Positions 42,517 through 53,251 of a DNA stretch of 64,000 nt are shown here, one piece after another; position 1 is the first letter of the stretch, and the number at the start of each line of letters is the position of its first letter. The position numbers were made by a program, and so were the translations under genes. The notes beneath the pieces are model-generated. The model made no database searches and was not told where the DNA came from. It worked only from the letters and a program-made list of their open reading frames with translations. The stretch lies in assembly GCF_024502345.1 (NCBI RefSeq), contig NZ_JALDNN010000001.1; one strand, given 5' to 3'. The stretch is from Escherichia coli. Its GTDB lineage: Bacteria > Pseudomonadota > Gammaproteobacteria > Enterobacterales > Enterobacteriaceae.

Positions 42517-44329
42517 GATACAAAAGCTGTTCGGAGATGGAGGGTCAAGATCATACTCGACGTAGCATGGTTGATATAAGAGATAGAACCGGTTGGCGGC
42601 ACCGCCTGAAGATTCTGGTTGTAAATGCCGTAGCGCATCACGTCGTCGCGCAGTTGCGCCCACATCTCACGGGTAGGTAACGTAATACCGCTGCGGGCAA
42701 ACAGTTCGCCAACTTTCGCCGTTTTCGGCTGCCAGTTACCTTGCAGATATTGGCTAAAATATTCACCACTGGCATAACGTGACTGTTTGAACCCGGCGAA
42801 GGTTTCACCGCGTTCGCGCGCCAGCAACATCGAGGTACGCAGTGCGTGCCAGGTGATGGCATAGAAATAGAGATTGGTGAAATCCAGTGCTTCCGGCGAA
42901 CCATAAGCGATGCCTTCTCGCGCCAGATAGCCGTGTAAATTCATCTGCCCCAGTCCGATGGCGTGTGAGGCGGCATTTCCGGCTTCGATGGACGGCACGC
43001 TGCGGATATGACTCATATCTGACACCGCCGTTAAACCGCGCACGGCAGTCTCTACCGTGCGGGCAAAATCGGGGGAATCCATGGTGTGCGCAATATTCAA
43101 CGAACCTAAATTGCAGGAAATATCATGGCCTGTACGGGCATAGTCGAGATTCTCGTCATACTCTGAGGCGCTGTTAACCTGCAAAATTTCTGAGCAGAGA
43201 TTACTCATATTTATGCGCCCGGCGATAGGGTTAGCACGGTTTACCGTGTCTTCATACATGATGTAGGGATAGCCGGACTCAAACTGGATTTCTGCCAGTC
43301 GCTGGAAGAAATCACGGGCGTTGAGGTATTTTTTGCGAATGCGTTCATCGGCAACCAGTTCGTCATAGTGTTGGCTGATGGCCACATCGGCAAACGGCTT
43401 GCCATAAACTCGCTCTACGTCATAAGGCGAAAACAGCGCCATCTGCGCATTCTCTTTTGCCAGATGGAAAGTGATATCCGGGATCACCACGCCCAGCGAC
43501 AGTGTTTTAATGCGGATTTTCTCGTCGGCATTTTCCCGTTTCGTATCGAGAAAACGCAGAATATCGGGATGATGGGCATGTAAATAGACTGCACCAGCCC
43601 CCTGACGAGCGCCGAGCTGGTTGGCATAGGAAAATGCGTCTTCCAGCATTTTCATCACCGGAATCACGCCAGAAGATTGATTTTCAATACGTTTAATTGG
43701 CGCGCCCGCTTCCCGCAGATTCGACAGCAAAAATGCCACGCCGCCGCCGCGTTTCGACAGTTGCAGTGCGGAATTTACCGCCCGGCCAATCGACTCCATA
43801 TTGTCTTCAATACGCAGCAAAAAACAGGAAACCAGTTCGCCGCGCTGCTGCTTACCACAGTTGAGGAATGTCGGTGTTGCAGGCTGAAAGCGTCCTGACA
43901 GCATCTCATCGGTCAGTTGCGTCGCCAGTGTTTCATCGCCTTGTGCCAGCGTTAGCGCCACCATCGTGACTCGATCGGCAAAATCTTCCAGATAACGCTT
44001 ACCGTCGAATGTCTTCAACGTATAGCTGGTGTAAAACTTCCATGCTCCGAGGAATGTCTGAAAACGAAAACCGCTGGCGTGTGCGTGGGCAAACAGCGTA
44101 ATGACAAAATCGCGAGAGTAGCGGTTGAGGACGTTTTCATCATAGTAACCTTCGTTGACCAGCCAGTTCAGGCGCTGCTGCTGGCTACTGAAGGTCACAC
44201 TGTTCGGACGCACATGTGTCGCCATAAAGGCGTCAACGGCCTGGCGATCTTTATCGAACTGAATGCGACCTGCGCTATCGTAAAGGTTAAGCATCGCATT
44301 CAGCGCGTGGTAATCCATCGTTTCCTGCG

Positions 44330-44740
44330 TCAGGCGTTCTGCGGTTGTCGTTGCCAAAATTCGGTTACTCCTTTACGAACGTTTTCGATATCGCTTTGCG
44401 TACCCATGAGTTCAAAGCGGTACAGCCACGGCACGCCGCATTTCCGGGCTATCACATCTCCGGCGCGGCCATACGCCTCACCAAAGTTGCGATTACCCGA
44501 AGCAATAACGCCGCGAAGCAACGCCCGGTTGTGCTCGTCGTTTAAAAAGCGAATTACCTGTCGTGGCACCGCGCCAGCCGTACCGCCGCCGCCGTAAGAG
44601 GGCACGATCAGGATGTAAGGCTCGTCTACCTGAATCCGTTCCCGCTCATTGAGCGGGATGCGCACCGCGGGCAGACCTAAACGTTCGATAAAACGCTGCG
44701 TGTTTTCGGAGCTGCTGGAGAAGTAGACGAGCTGGCTCAT
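44330..44740 (-). CDS. nrdI: Flavodoxin-like RNR accessory protein NrdI
   Basis: 136-aa [28 protein letters not shown]... Confidence 0.9.
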
Positions 44741-44982
44741 GCACTGGCCGCGTGTGGCGCTGGATGCAGACGGTTAATCATGTCCGGACGGAAACCAGAC
44801 CAGCTAAGATCGCCAGCAATCACTACCGGCAACTGACGAAAGCCCTGAGCACGCAACGCTTCTGCCGCTTCAGGAACGCGATCGACATTAATCATTTCAA
44901 AATCAAAGCCCCGGTTTTCCATCGCCCGTTTGGTGGCGTGGCACTGAACGCAATCGTTACGAGTGTAAATAGTAATGCGCAT
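44737..44982 (-). CDS. nrdH: Glutaredoxin-like protein NrdH
   Basis: 81-aa ORF with CVQC redox motif. Confidence 0.9.
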
Positions 44983-45165
44983 GATTCGTATTTCCGTTTA
45001 AAATGAAGATACGGCGCGATGATACGCGTCGGGTTGTCTCTCTGTTGATACAGAGATACTAGATGTAGTTGAAAAAAGATTCAACCACACAATATATAGC
45101 AAATAGTGGTCGAAAGTACCCTGGGTATGAGCGTGACGGGGTAGGGGGATTTTTGTGATTCACCA

Positions 45166-45200
45166 GGCAAAAAGAAACCCCGAAGACAGGCTTCGGGGTC
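45166..45200 (-). terminator. ygaM rho-independent terminator
   Basis: On the minus strand CCCCGAAG-ACAGG-CTTCGGGG followed by TTTCTTTTT. Confidence 0.65.
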
Positions 45201-45229
45201 AAAGACGCGTATTTATTATCATTTTTGCA

Positions 45230-45559
45230 CTACGATTTGCGCATGCTTAACAGTGCGCCGATAAAAATACCTACCGCAGCTGCTGTACCCACGCTACACC
45301 AGGGTCTTTCACGAACAAAAGAATCCGCGCAGCCAACGGCATCGCGTGCGGCTTGCTGGACGCGAGTACGACCATGCATTCGCGCCCTGGTTTCTTTCAG
45401 CAATGCCTGAGCTTTACTGCGTGCGGCTTCAGCTTCCCCTTTGGCGTCGCTGCCCCAGGACTTCAATACAGATTCGAGGCTGTCAGCTAATTGATTGACA
45501 TCATTCTGGATATCCTGCACGCCATCATCAACGTCGTTGCGGTTCGGTCGGTTAAACAT
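45230..45559 (-). CDS. ygaM: ElaB/YgaM-family (DUF883) membrane-anchored stress protein
   Basis: ORF 45230-45571; start tentatively set at MFNRPNRNDVDDGVQDIQNDV. Confidence 0.75.
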   Translation of the reverse strand: MFNRPNRNDVDDGVQDIQNDVNQLADSLESVLKSWGSDAKGEAEAARSKAQALLKETRARMHGRTRVQQAARDAVGCADSFVRERPWCSVGTAAAVGIFIGALLSMRKS

Positions 45560-45710
45560 ATGATCCCCCATTAGAATTCGATGTAATTTTCAGTGTAGAC
45601 CATAATTTTCTTAACTGAGGTTCATCGCGGCTTTATGGACTTTTCTGAAAGCGTTGTGAATGCGCAATCAGGTAAGGTAGGCCCGCGGTTGATAATAACG
45701 AGGATCAAAT

Positions 45711-46055
45711 ATGTATTTACGACCAGACGAGGTGGCGCGCGTACTTGAAAAAGTCGGTTTTACTGTCGATGTGGTAACCCAGAAAGCGTATGGTTACCGC
45801 CGTGGGGAAAATTATGTCTATGTTAATCGCGAAGCGCGAATGGGACGTACCGCTCTGGTAATTCATCCAACATTAAAAGAACGCAGTTCGACACTGGCTG
45901 AACCCGCTTCCGATATTAAAACTTGCGATCATTACCAGCAATTTCCGCTCTATTTAGCAGGCGAGCGACACGAGCATTACGGTATCCCGCATGGCTTTAG
46001 TTCGCGTGTTGCGCTTGAACGTTATTTGAATGGTTTATTTGGCGAAGCCAGTTAA
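45711..46055 (+). CDS. ygaC: Uncharacterized protein YgaC
   Basis: 114-aa ORF; conserved neighbour of alaE/stpA. Confidence 0.7.
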
Positions 46056-46091
46056 AGACGCGACTGGCGATGCCAGTCGCGAAAAGAAGAG

Positions 46092-46541
46092 TCAGGCTTT
46101 TACCTGCTGGTAACGGCTGACTTTAAACAGTCGGCGGCAATAATCGAGGAAGTAGCCATAAACCGCCCCCATCAACATCGAAACAACGATGTTTGAACTG
46201 ACCGCCGCCATAATCTGATGCCAGTCTGCGCCCACCACTAACAAGATCGCCACATACACCGGTGACTGGAACGTCACATAAGCCAGGATATCCGCCAGAT
46301 TTTTTATCCAGCCCGACGGGCTAACTTTGCGTGCCGCGCGCATAAACAGATCACGGTACATACCGTATGGCCATGCAATTAAGATGTTCACCGGAATCGC
46401 TACCAATCTGGAATAAAAAGACTGTTCGAAGCTCATTCCGGAGAGGAAAACTTCAATACACATGTTCACGACAGAACAGTAAACAACCATCGCGAACGTA
46501 TCTGCAACTGCATGACGCAAGCGTGACTGCGGTGAGAACAT
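46092..46541 (-). CDS. alaE: L-alanine exporter AlaE (YgaW)
   Basis: 149-aa membrane ORF. Confidence 0.8.
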   Translation of the reverse strand: MFSPQSRLRHAVADTFAMVVYCSVVNMCIEVFLSGMSFEQSFYSRLVAIPVNILIAWPYGMYRDLFMRAARKVSPSGWIKNLADILAYVTFQSPVYVAILLVVGADWHQIMAAVSSNIVVSMLMGAVYGYFLDYCRRLFKVSRYQQVKA

Positions 46542-47208
46542 GCTAATGCTCCTTAATAAAAGCGTAATGGGATGTTAATGGAGATGAAAACAGTGGATCT
46601 CATTGCCATCTGCATTTTCGCATAGCGTATATCGCTGGCTATGACTAATCAATTAGTGAAAAATTTTTATTTAGTCAGTTTTTGTAGATAAAATATTCCG
46701 TAACGGCTCGTTTTTTGTACATTGTGGATTTTTACATGCCGATATGATTTATTTTCAATTAAATCAATTAGATATGACCTTTCCTTTAATTTCACTAATG
46801 AAAGTTTGGGGGTGAGGTAACGCTATAAGCGTAGAGAATTCGGTGTATGTCGTGACCGTGTCATTTACAGTATTTTTTATGCCAGAAAATGTACATTAAC
46901 AGCAGAAAGCACCAGTGAGGGGTGTTTTCTTTTATTCTGTTATATTGCATTTTTATTCACTTCGGTTTTGTCAGGCTTGCGGAATTAGCGAGCAGAGAGC
47001 GCCGTTCTGTTCACCAATAATCTAAATTACTCATCAAAATGGCTAATATATAATCTTGAAATTATTCTGAGAGTTTCAGAAAATAACAGCTGAAATAATC
47101 TCGCGCAGGACTGTAAATAGATTAAATTTTGTGGAAATATAATAAGTGATCGCTTACACTACGCGACGAAATACTTTTTTGTTTTGGCGTTAAAAGGTTT
47201 TCTTTATT

Positions 47209-47613
47209 ATGTCCGTAATGTTACAAAGTTTAAATAACATTCGCACTCTCCGTGCGATGGCTCGCGAATTCTCCATTGACGTTCTTGAAGAAATGCTCGA
47301 AAAATTCAGGGTTGTCACTAAAGAAAGACGTGAAGAAGAAGAACAGCAGCAGCGTGAACTGGCTGAGCGTCAGGAAAAAATTAGCACTTGGCTGGAGCTG
47401 ATGAAGGCTGACGGAATTAACCCGGAAGAGTTATTAGGTAATAGCTCTGCTGCTGCACCACGCGCTGGTAAAAAACGCCAGCCGCGTCCGGCGAAATATA
47501 AATTCACCGATGTTAACGGTGAAACTAAAACCTGGACCGGTCAGGGCCGTACACCGAAGCCAATTGCTCAGGCGCTGGCAGAAGGTAAATCTCTCGACGA
47601 TTTCCTGATCTAA
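47209..47613 (+). CDS. stpA: H-NS paralog nucleoid protein StpA
   Basis: 134-aa [36 protein letters not shown]... ; long AT-rich upstream region. Confidence 0.95.
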   Translation: MSVMLQSLNNIRTLRAMAREFSIDVLEEMLEKFRVVTKERREEEEQQQRELAERQEKISTWLELMKADGINPEELLGNSSAAAPRAGKKRQPRPAKYKFTDVNGETKTWTGQGRTPKPIAQALAEGKSLDDFLI

Positions 47614-47659
47614 TTACGGAGGCCGGATGTCGCTGCTAGGGCGCGTCCGGCGTCGCTTC

Positions 47660-48184
47660 TCAAGCTCGTTGGTTCCACGGCATCTTATCTAACAACCTTG
47701 CCATTCCACAAAAACCGCTGATTCCTGCAAACAGTAACCCGGCACCAACAAAGCCACTTAATAAGAAGAAACCGCTATTTACGGTATAACCCAGTACAAC
47801 GCCGATTAATATTAAACCACCCGCAGCGATCTGCACCTGGCGCATTAACGGCAAGGGTTGAGATTTATTTACCGCTACTGGCAATCCAGCTCTTTTCCAG
47901 CCATCAATCCCATCTTCGAGTAAAAATATTTCTGCGGGGGCGGCAATCGCTGCTAATTTATCGGCGTTATTACTGGTGCGTTTACCTGCCTGGCAGTGGA
48001 ATATAATTTGCTCGCGACGTAATTTAGGTGGAAGACCTGACTGTTCCAGCACGGATAATGGAGCCAGATCTGCTTCAGGAATATGTTCACGAAGATATTC
48101 ATCAGCGTCACGAATATCGATTAACTTTGCGCCGCGTGCGATTAATTCTTGTGCATCATGCGGCGAAATGGTTGTCAAAGCCAT
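47660..48184 (-). CDS. ygaP: Rhodanese-domain inner membrane protein YgaP
   Basis: 174-aa ORF with rhodanese active-site Cys (FHCQAGKR) and C-terminal TM segments. Confidence 0.8.
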   Translation of the reverse strand: MALTTISPHDAQELIARGAKLIDIRDADEYLREHIPEADLAPLSVLEQSGLPPKLRREQIIFHCQAGKRTSNNADKLAAIAAPAEIFLLEDGIDGWKRAGLPVAVNKSQPLPLMRQVQIAAGGLILIGVVLGYTVNSGFFLLSGFVGAGLLFAGISGFCGMARLLDKMPWNQRA

Positions 48185-48193
48185 AGTGACTCC

Positions 48194-48493
48194 TTACGGA
48201 CAATAGACATTTTTCAGGGTGGCGATAATGGCATTTACCGCCTCATTTTTAATGGAATATAGAATGCGTTGGGCATCCCGTTGGCTGTCGATAAGCCCTT
48301 CGTCCCGCATACGAGCGAGATGCTGTGATGTCGCAGAGGCACTCAGTCCGGTAATGCGCGTCAGCTCTCCCGCCCTAGTGCCGGGGGAACCGCTAAGCAT
48401 GCACAGAATCAGCAATCGTTTAGGATGGCTCATTGCTTTCAATAAGGCCACTGCCTGTTCGGCACTGGCCTGTAATTGCGCGAGTTCAGTCAT
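48194..48493 (-). CDS. ygaV: ArsR/SmtB-family transcriptional regulator YgaV
   Basis: 99-aa winged-HTH ORF upstream of ygaP. Confidence 0.8.
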   Translation of the reverse strand: MTELAQLQASAEQAVALLKAMSHPKRLLILCMLSGSPGTRAGELTRITGLSASATSQHLARMRDEGLIDSQRDAQRILYSIKNEAVNAIIATLKNVYCP

Positions 48494-48675
48494 ATTTATT
48501 TAAGTATTTTCTAAATTAAGTAAACTCTAAACTAAAAATGCAACATATACCAGCCTCAGCAGCGTAAATGAGAGTAAAAGCGTAAGCTGAAACTGGCAGG
48601 CTCCGCTAAAATTACTACGCTTAAGAGATAAAATCTCTTTTTAAACAATGAGTAATTTTCTTATAGGGAGTACAT

Positions 48676-48834
48676 ATGGGTTTCTGGAGAATCGTCATCA
48701 CCATCATTCTGCCGCCGCTCGGCGTGCTGCTCGGTAAAGGGTTCGGTTGGGCGTTCATTATTAATATTCTGCTGACACTGCTTGGGTATATCCCCGGTTT
48801 GATTCACGCGTTCTGGGTGCAAACCCGCGATTAA
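48676..48834 (+). CDS. yqaE: Pmp3/UPF0057-family small membrane protein YqaE
   Basis: 52-aa ORF MGFWRIVITIILPPLGVLLGKGFGWAFIINILLTLLGYIPGLIHAFWVQTRD, below the ORF-track cutoff; RBS GGGAG 6 nt upstream. Confidence 0.85.
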   Translation: MGFWRIVITIILPPLGVLLGKGFGWAFIINILLTLLGYIPGLIHAFWVQTRD

Positions 48835-48917
48835 ACCTGTGCTCACCCCCGCGGCGTTAACGCGCCGCGTTCCTCTGCTACACTTTCTGAGTGTTTCCGT
48901 TAACGAATGAGGTAGCT

Positions 48918-49367
48918 ATGGGTCTGTTCAATTTTGTGAAAGATGCCGGAGAAAAACTCTGGGACGCGGTTACAGGTCAGCACGATAAAGACGATCAGGC
49001 GAAGAAGGTGCAGGAGCATCTGAGCAAAACCGGTATACCTGATGCCGATAAAGTGAACATTCAAATTGCCGACGGCAAAGCGACGGTCACTGGTGACGGC
49101 CTGAGTCAGGAGGCGAAGGAGAAAATCCTTGTTGCGGTGGGGAATATTTCCGGTATTGCCAGTGTTGATGATCAGGTGAAAACGGCGACACCAGCCACTG
49201 CCAGCCAGTTTTATACCGTTAAGTCTGGCGACACTCTGAGTGCCATTTCCAAACAGGTCTACGGTAACGCTAATCTGTACAATAAAATCTTCGAAGCGAA
49301 TAAACCGATGCTAAAAAGCCCGGATAAAATTTATCCGGGGCAAGTGTTGCGTATTCCGGAAGAGTAG
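48918..49367 (+). CDS. kbp: BON/LysM-domain potassium-binding protein Kbp (YgaU)
   Basis: ORF 48891-49367; start set at [16 protein letters not shown]; C-terminal LysM ([18 protein letters not shown]). Confidence 0.85.
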   Translation: MGLFNFVKDAGEKLWDAVTGQHDKDDQAKKVQEHLSKTGIPDADKVNIQIADGKATVTGDGLSQEAKEKILVAVGNISGIASVDDQVKTATPATASQFYTVKSGDTLSAISKQVYGNANLYNKIFEANKPMLKSPDKIYPGQVLRIPEE

Positions 49368-50030
49368 TTAATTGCCAGCCATCGCCTGCTGGATAATGGG
49401 AATTGGCGTCAGTAAATGCTGGCGCATTAACTCACTGGCGCGCGCGGTATCTCGCGCCAGTACCGCCGCAGTCAGGGTCTGGTGCTGATCGTGTTTATCC
49501 TCCAGCATTTCCACCGAAAGCACCGTTCGCCGCAGCCAGATAAATCGATAGCGCGCCGCCAGATCAAACAACCGTTCACGCATTTGCAGCAAATAGTGAG
49601 AACCACAGCCCGCCACAATTGCTGTATGAAACGCCTGATGACGCAGATCCCACTCATCAAGCATTTTCTCGCTGGCGTCACAGGCTTCCAGCTTACTGAG
49701 CAGATGCGCTTTTGCGAGAACGTCTGCCTCCCATTCATCGCCACCGCGGGCAATCGCCAGACTGACCAGCATCGCTTCCATATTGGCGCGGGCGTCGAAA
49801 ATATCGAGCAGCTCCTGCTCTGACATAGACGCCACCCGATACCCTTTTTGATTCACCACCGTGACCAGCCGTTCCGCCACCAGTTGAGAAAGTGCTTCCC
49901 GCAACGGCCCAACGCCAAGTGCATAACGCGATGTCAGCAAACTCATCCGTAATTTTTCATCCGGTTGAAAATTACCGCGAATAATATCGTTCTTCAGCCA
50001 GCGATAGCCATCCAGAGACGTAATGGTCAT
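49368..50030 (-). CDS. csiR: GntR-family regulator CsiR
   Basis: ORF 49368-50048; start tentatively at MTITSLDGYRWL. Confidence 0.8.
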   Translation of the reverse strand: MTITSLDGYRWLKNDIIRGNFQPDEKLRMSLLTSRYALGVGPLREALSQLVAERLVTVVNQKGYRVASMSEQELLDIFDARANMEAMLVSLAIARGGDEWEADVLAKAHLLSKLEACDASEKMLDEWDLRHQAFHTAIVAGCGSHYLLQMRERLFDLAARYRFIWLRRTVLSVEMLEDKHDQHQTLTAAVLARDTARASELMRQHLLTPIPIIQQAMAGN

Positions 50031-50050
50031 GGTGTGACTCCTGATCATTA

Positions 50051-51451
50051 TCAGCGCGTATTATGAACGGGTGTTTTTTGCCACAATACCAGCTTTTTCC
50101 AGCGAGCCATAATTGGCACGGTACAGATAATCCCTATCGCTAATAAGCCGGTGGAGATCACTTCTAACTGTTGCGCCGGACGGAATAGCATCACTACCAA
50201 CACAAAGGTAATAAAGCCGATGACCAGCCAGGTGAGCCAAGGATAAAGCCACATTCGCAAGCGAATTTCGCTTCCTTCTGCTCGCAGAATTTTGCGCATC
50301 CGCAACTGTGAAACGGCGATGACTAAATAAACCAGCAGGGCGATAGCGCCGGAGCTGTCGATCAGAAATTTAAATACCTTCGCAGGCGCGTAATAGTTCA
50401 CCACCACCGTTAAGAATGCCGCGCCGGTGGAGAGTAACACCGCCACGTACGGGGTTTTACTGCGGTTGATTTTACCCATTACCGCAGGCGCATCTCCGCG
50501 ACGGCTTAAGGAGTAGAGCATCCTGGAAGCGGTATACAGAGCCGAGTTCAGGCAACTGGTTACGGAAAGTAATATCACGCAGTCCATGATCAATTTCGCA
50601 TGGGGAATATTGAGCAATTCCAGTACCGAGCGATAAGAACCGACGGCTTTTAGTCCGGGCATATTCCACGGAATTAATGCCACGACGACAAAAATAGAAC
50701 ATAAATAGAAGATAGAAATACGCCAGATAACCGAGTTGGTGGCGCGGACAATATGTTTTTCCGGCGTGTCGGATTCCGCGGCGGCAATGGTGACAATTTC
50801 TGCGCCCATAAACGAGAACATGGTGATCAACATCGCGCTTAATACCGCACCGAAGCCGTTGGGCATAAAGCCGCCGCTATCCCACAATCTTGAGATCCCG
50901 CTCACGTCGGCATACGGGTAAAAACCGCTAATTGCGACTGCACCAAGGAAAATAAAGGCCAGGATAGCGATGACTTTGCACAGCGCCAGCCAGAACTCAA
51001 ATTCGCCGTAGTTTTTAACGCTTAATAAATTACTGCCAGTTAAGGCAAGGGTAATGACGAGGGAAAATAACCAGATGGGAATGCCTGGAACCCACGAGTG
51101 CAGGATCATGGCGGCGATGTTGGCTTCCAGCGGGATAACCAGTACCCAAAACCACCAGTACAACCAGCCGATGGTATAACCCGCCCAACGACCAATAGCT
51201 TTATCGGCATAGGTGGAAAACGAACCGGTATCGGGCGTGGCAACCGCCATTTCCGCCAACATCCGCATAATCATAACCACCAGTAGCCCGGCGAACAGAT
51301 AGGCCAGTAATACCGCCGGGCCCGCTTCGGCGATGGCGACGCTGGAACCGACAAACAGACTTGCGCCGATAACACCGGCAATAGACAACATGGTGACGTG
51401 GCGTGATTTCAGCCCGCCGCCTAACTCATGTGGTTGCGATGATTGCCCCAT
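50051..51451 (-). CDS. gabP: GABA permease GabP (APC family)
   Basis: ORF 50051-51514; start set at MGQSSQPHELGGGLKSRHVTM; 466 aa. Confidence 0.9.
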   Translation of the reverse strand: MGQSSQPHELGGGLKSRHVTMLSIAGVIGASLFVGSSVAIAEAGPAVLLAYLFAGLLVVMIMRMLAEMAVATPDTGSFSTYADKAIGRWAGYTIGWLYWWFWVLVIPLEANIAAMILHSWVPGIPIWLFSLVITLALTGSNLLSVKNYGEFEFWLALCKVIAILAFIFLGAVAISGFYPYADVSGISRLWDSGGFMPNGFGAVLSAMLITMFSFMGAEIVTIAAAESDTPEKHIVRATNSVIWRISIFYLCSIFVVVALIPWNMPGLKAVGSYRSVLELLNIPHAKLIMDCVILLSVTSCLNSALYTASRMLYSLSRRGDAPAVMGKINRSKTPYVAVLLSTGAAFLTVVVNYYAPAKVFKFLIDSSGAIALLVYLVIAVSQLRMRKILRAEGSEIRLRMWLYPWLTWLVIGFITFVLVVMLFRPAQQLEVISTGLLAIGIICTVPIMARWKKLVLWQKTPVHNTR

Positions 51452-51539
51452 CCTGAATCCTCTCGAAAGTGTGTCACTTGGGAGAGCGCCCCGACATTTC
51501 CCGCGTCGGGTCACGCGTTTAATTGTTATTGATTCTTTT

Positions 51540-51950
51540 TGCCGGAGAGCGGCTCCGCCTTATCCGGCCGACATAGATTTATTCCTGTTCACGTACAGAT
51601 TGTCGGATGCGGCGTAAACGCCTTATCCGACCTGGATCCCCGTAGGCCGGACAAGACGCGCAGCGTCGCCTCCGGCATGGGTGCGCCGATTGTCGGATGC
51701 GGCGCAAACGCCTTATCCGACCTACATTTCCGTAGGCCGGACAAGACGCGTAAGCGTCGCCTCCGGCATGGTGCGCCGAATGTCGGATGCGGCGTTAACG
51801 CCTTATCCAACCTACACTCTCGTAGGCCGGACAAGACGCGCAGCGTCGCCTCCGGCATGGTGCGCCGATTGTCGGATGCGGCGTTAACGCCTTATCCGAC
51901 CTACACTCTCGTAGGCCGGACAAGACGCGCAGCGTCGCCTCCGGCATGGG
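51540..51950. repeat. REP/BIME tandem cluster (about 5 units) between gabT and gabP
   Basis: Repeated TGTCGGATGCGGCG(T/C)AAACGCCTTATCCGACCTAC...CGTAGGCCGGACAAGACGCGCAGCGTCGCCTCCGGCATGG units. Confidence 0.8.
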
Positions 51951-51957
51951 GGCGGTG

Positions 51958-53238
51958 CTACTGCTTCGCCTCAGCAAAACACTGGCCGATGATCTCCAGA
52001 CCCTGACGGATCTGAGCGTCTTCAATGGTGAGCGGTACAAGGATGCGCAGCACGTTGTAATACGGGCCGCAGGAGAGAAGAATCAGGCCCTTATCGCGGG
52101 CGCGCGCCACGATCTCGGCGGTGAGTTTTGCGTCCGGTTTGCTGTGATCGCCATCTTCAAACAGCTCGATGGCGATCATCGCCCCCAGACCGCGTACGTC
52201 GCCGATCTCCGTGTGTTTTTCGGCGATCGCCAGCAATCCGTCTTTCAGCTTCTGCCCCAGATCGTTGGCTTTCTGCAGCAGATTTTCCTGCTCGAACACC
52301 TTCAACACTTCCAGCGCCGCCACGCAGGCAATCGGATTACCGGCATAGGTGCCGCCCAGCCCGCCTGGAGCGACGGCATCCATCACTTCCGCGCGCCCGG
52401 TGACGCCCGCCAGCGGGAAACCGCCTGCGATCGATTTCGCAAACGTGGTGAGATCCGGCGCCACGCCCATTTGCTCCATCGCAAACAGCGTGCCGGTACG
52501 CCCTGCGCCGCTCTGCACTTCATCGGCAATCAGCATGATCCCGTGCTCGTCACACAGCGTGCGTAAACGCTGCATAAAAGCAGGCGTCGCGGCGTAGAAA
52601 CCGCCTTCGCCCTGAACCGGCTCAATCACGATGGCGGCGATATCTTCCGGCGCAGCGTCATTTTTAAAAATTCGGTGAATGCTAGCGATAGCGTCATCTT
52701 CACTGATGCCGTGCAGCGGGCAAGGATAAAGCGCGCGATAAACGTGCCCAGGCATCAGCCCCATGCCCGCAGAGTACGGATTCACCTTGCCGGTCAGCGC
52801 CAGCGTGTAATGCGTGCGCCCGTGGTACGCGCCGCTAAAGGCGATAGTTCCGCTACGTTTGGTGGCGGCGCGGGCGATTTTCACCGCGTTTTCCACCGCT
52901 TCGGAACCGGTCGTAACCAGCAGCGTTTTCTTGGCGAAATCGCCTGGCACCTTCTGATTCATAATCTCGCACAGCTCCAGATACGGCTCGTAGGCCAGCA
53001 CCTGGAAGCAGGTGTGCGACAGTTTTTTCAACTGCGCTTCCACTGCCGCAACCACTTTCGGATGCAGGTGCCCGGTATTGAGCACCGCAATGCCGCCCGC
53101 GAAATCAAGATACTCACGGCCTTCAACGTCCCACACCCGGCAGTTTTCCGCGCGATCAGCGAAAATGGGGTGAATTTGCCCAACGCCACGAGGAATTGCC
53201 TGACTGCGGCGCTGCATTAACTCTTTATTGCTGCTCAT
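51958..53238 (-). CDS. gabT: 4-aminobutyrate aminotransferase GabT
   Basis: 426-aa PLP class III aminotransferase ORF. Confidence 0.9.
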   Translation of the reverse strand: MSSNKELMQRRSQAIPRGVGQIHPIFADRAENCRVWDVEGREYLDFAGGIAVLNTGHLHPKVVAAVEAQLKKLSHTCFQVLAYEPYLELCEIMNQKVPGDFAKKTLLVTTGSEAVENAVKIARAATKRSGTIAFSGAYHGRTHYTLALTGKVNPYSAGMGLMPGHVYRALYPCPLHGISEDDAIASIHRIFKNDAAPEDIAAIVIEPVQGEGGFYAATPAFMQRLRTLCDEHGIMLIADEVQSGAGRTGTLFAMEQMGVAPDLTTFAKSIAGGFPLAGVTGRAEVMDAVAPGGLGGTYAGNPIACVAALEVLKVFEQENLLQKANDLGQKLKDGLLAIAEKHTEIGDVRGLGAMIAIELFEDGDHSKPDAKLTAEIVARARDKGLILLSCGPYYNVLRILVPLTIEDAQIRQGLEIIGQCFAEAKQ

Positions 53239-53251
53239 TCGCGTTCTCCAG

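Larger units (their letters stand above)
41218..42552 (+). mobile_element. IS2-group (IS3 family) insertion sequence inside nrdE
   Basis: 1335-bp element whose left end TGATGTAGCCCCCTGAA resembles the IS2 terminal repeat; overlapping orfA/orfB; flanked by a 17-bp direct repeat. Confidence 0.85.
40900..44357 (-). pseudogene. nrdE: Class Ib ribonucleotide reductase alpha subunit nrdE, interrupted by an insertion sequence
   Basis: N-terminal 614-aa ORF (42513-44357) reads from nrdE through ...INHATSS into IS-derived codons; C-terminal 133-aa ORF (40900-41301) resumes ...[19 protein letters not shown] and ends ...[10 protein letters not shown]. Confidence 0.85.

Noticed and set aside
46542-47208. 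667-bp AT-rich intergenic region between alaE and stpA as a possible foreign insertion or sRNA locus
   Set aside because: The AT-rich, curved upstream region fits the known H-NS-regulated stpA promoter region; there is no ORF, no repeat termini and no recognizable sRNA terminator.
51539-52040. ORFs of 68-155 aa within the gabT-gabP intergenic region
   Set aside because: They read through the BIME/REP cluster and give repetitive peptides (SGMVRRLSDAALTPYPTY...), with no independent coding signal.
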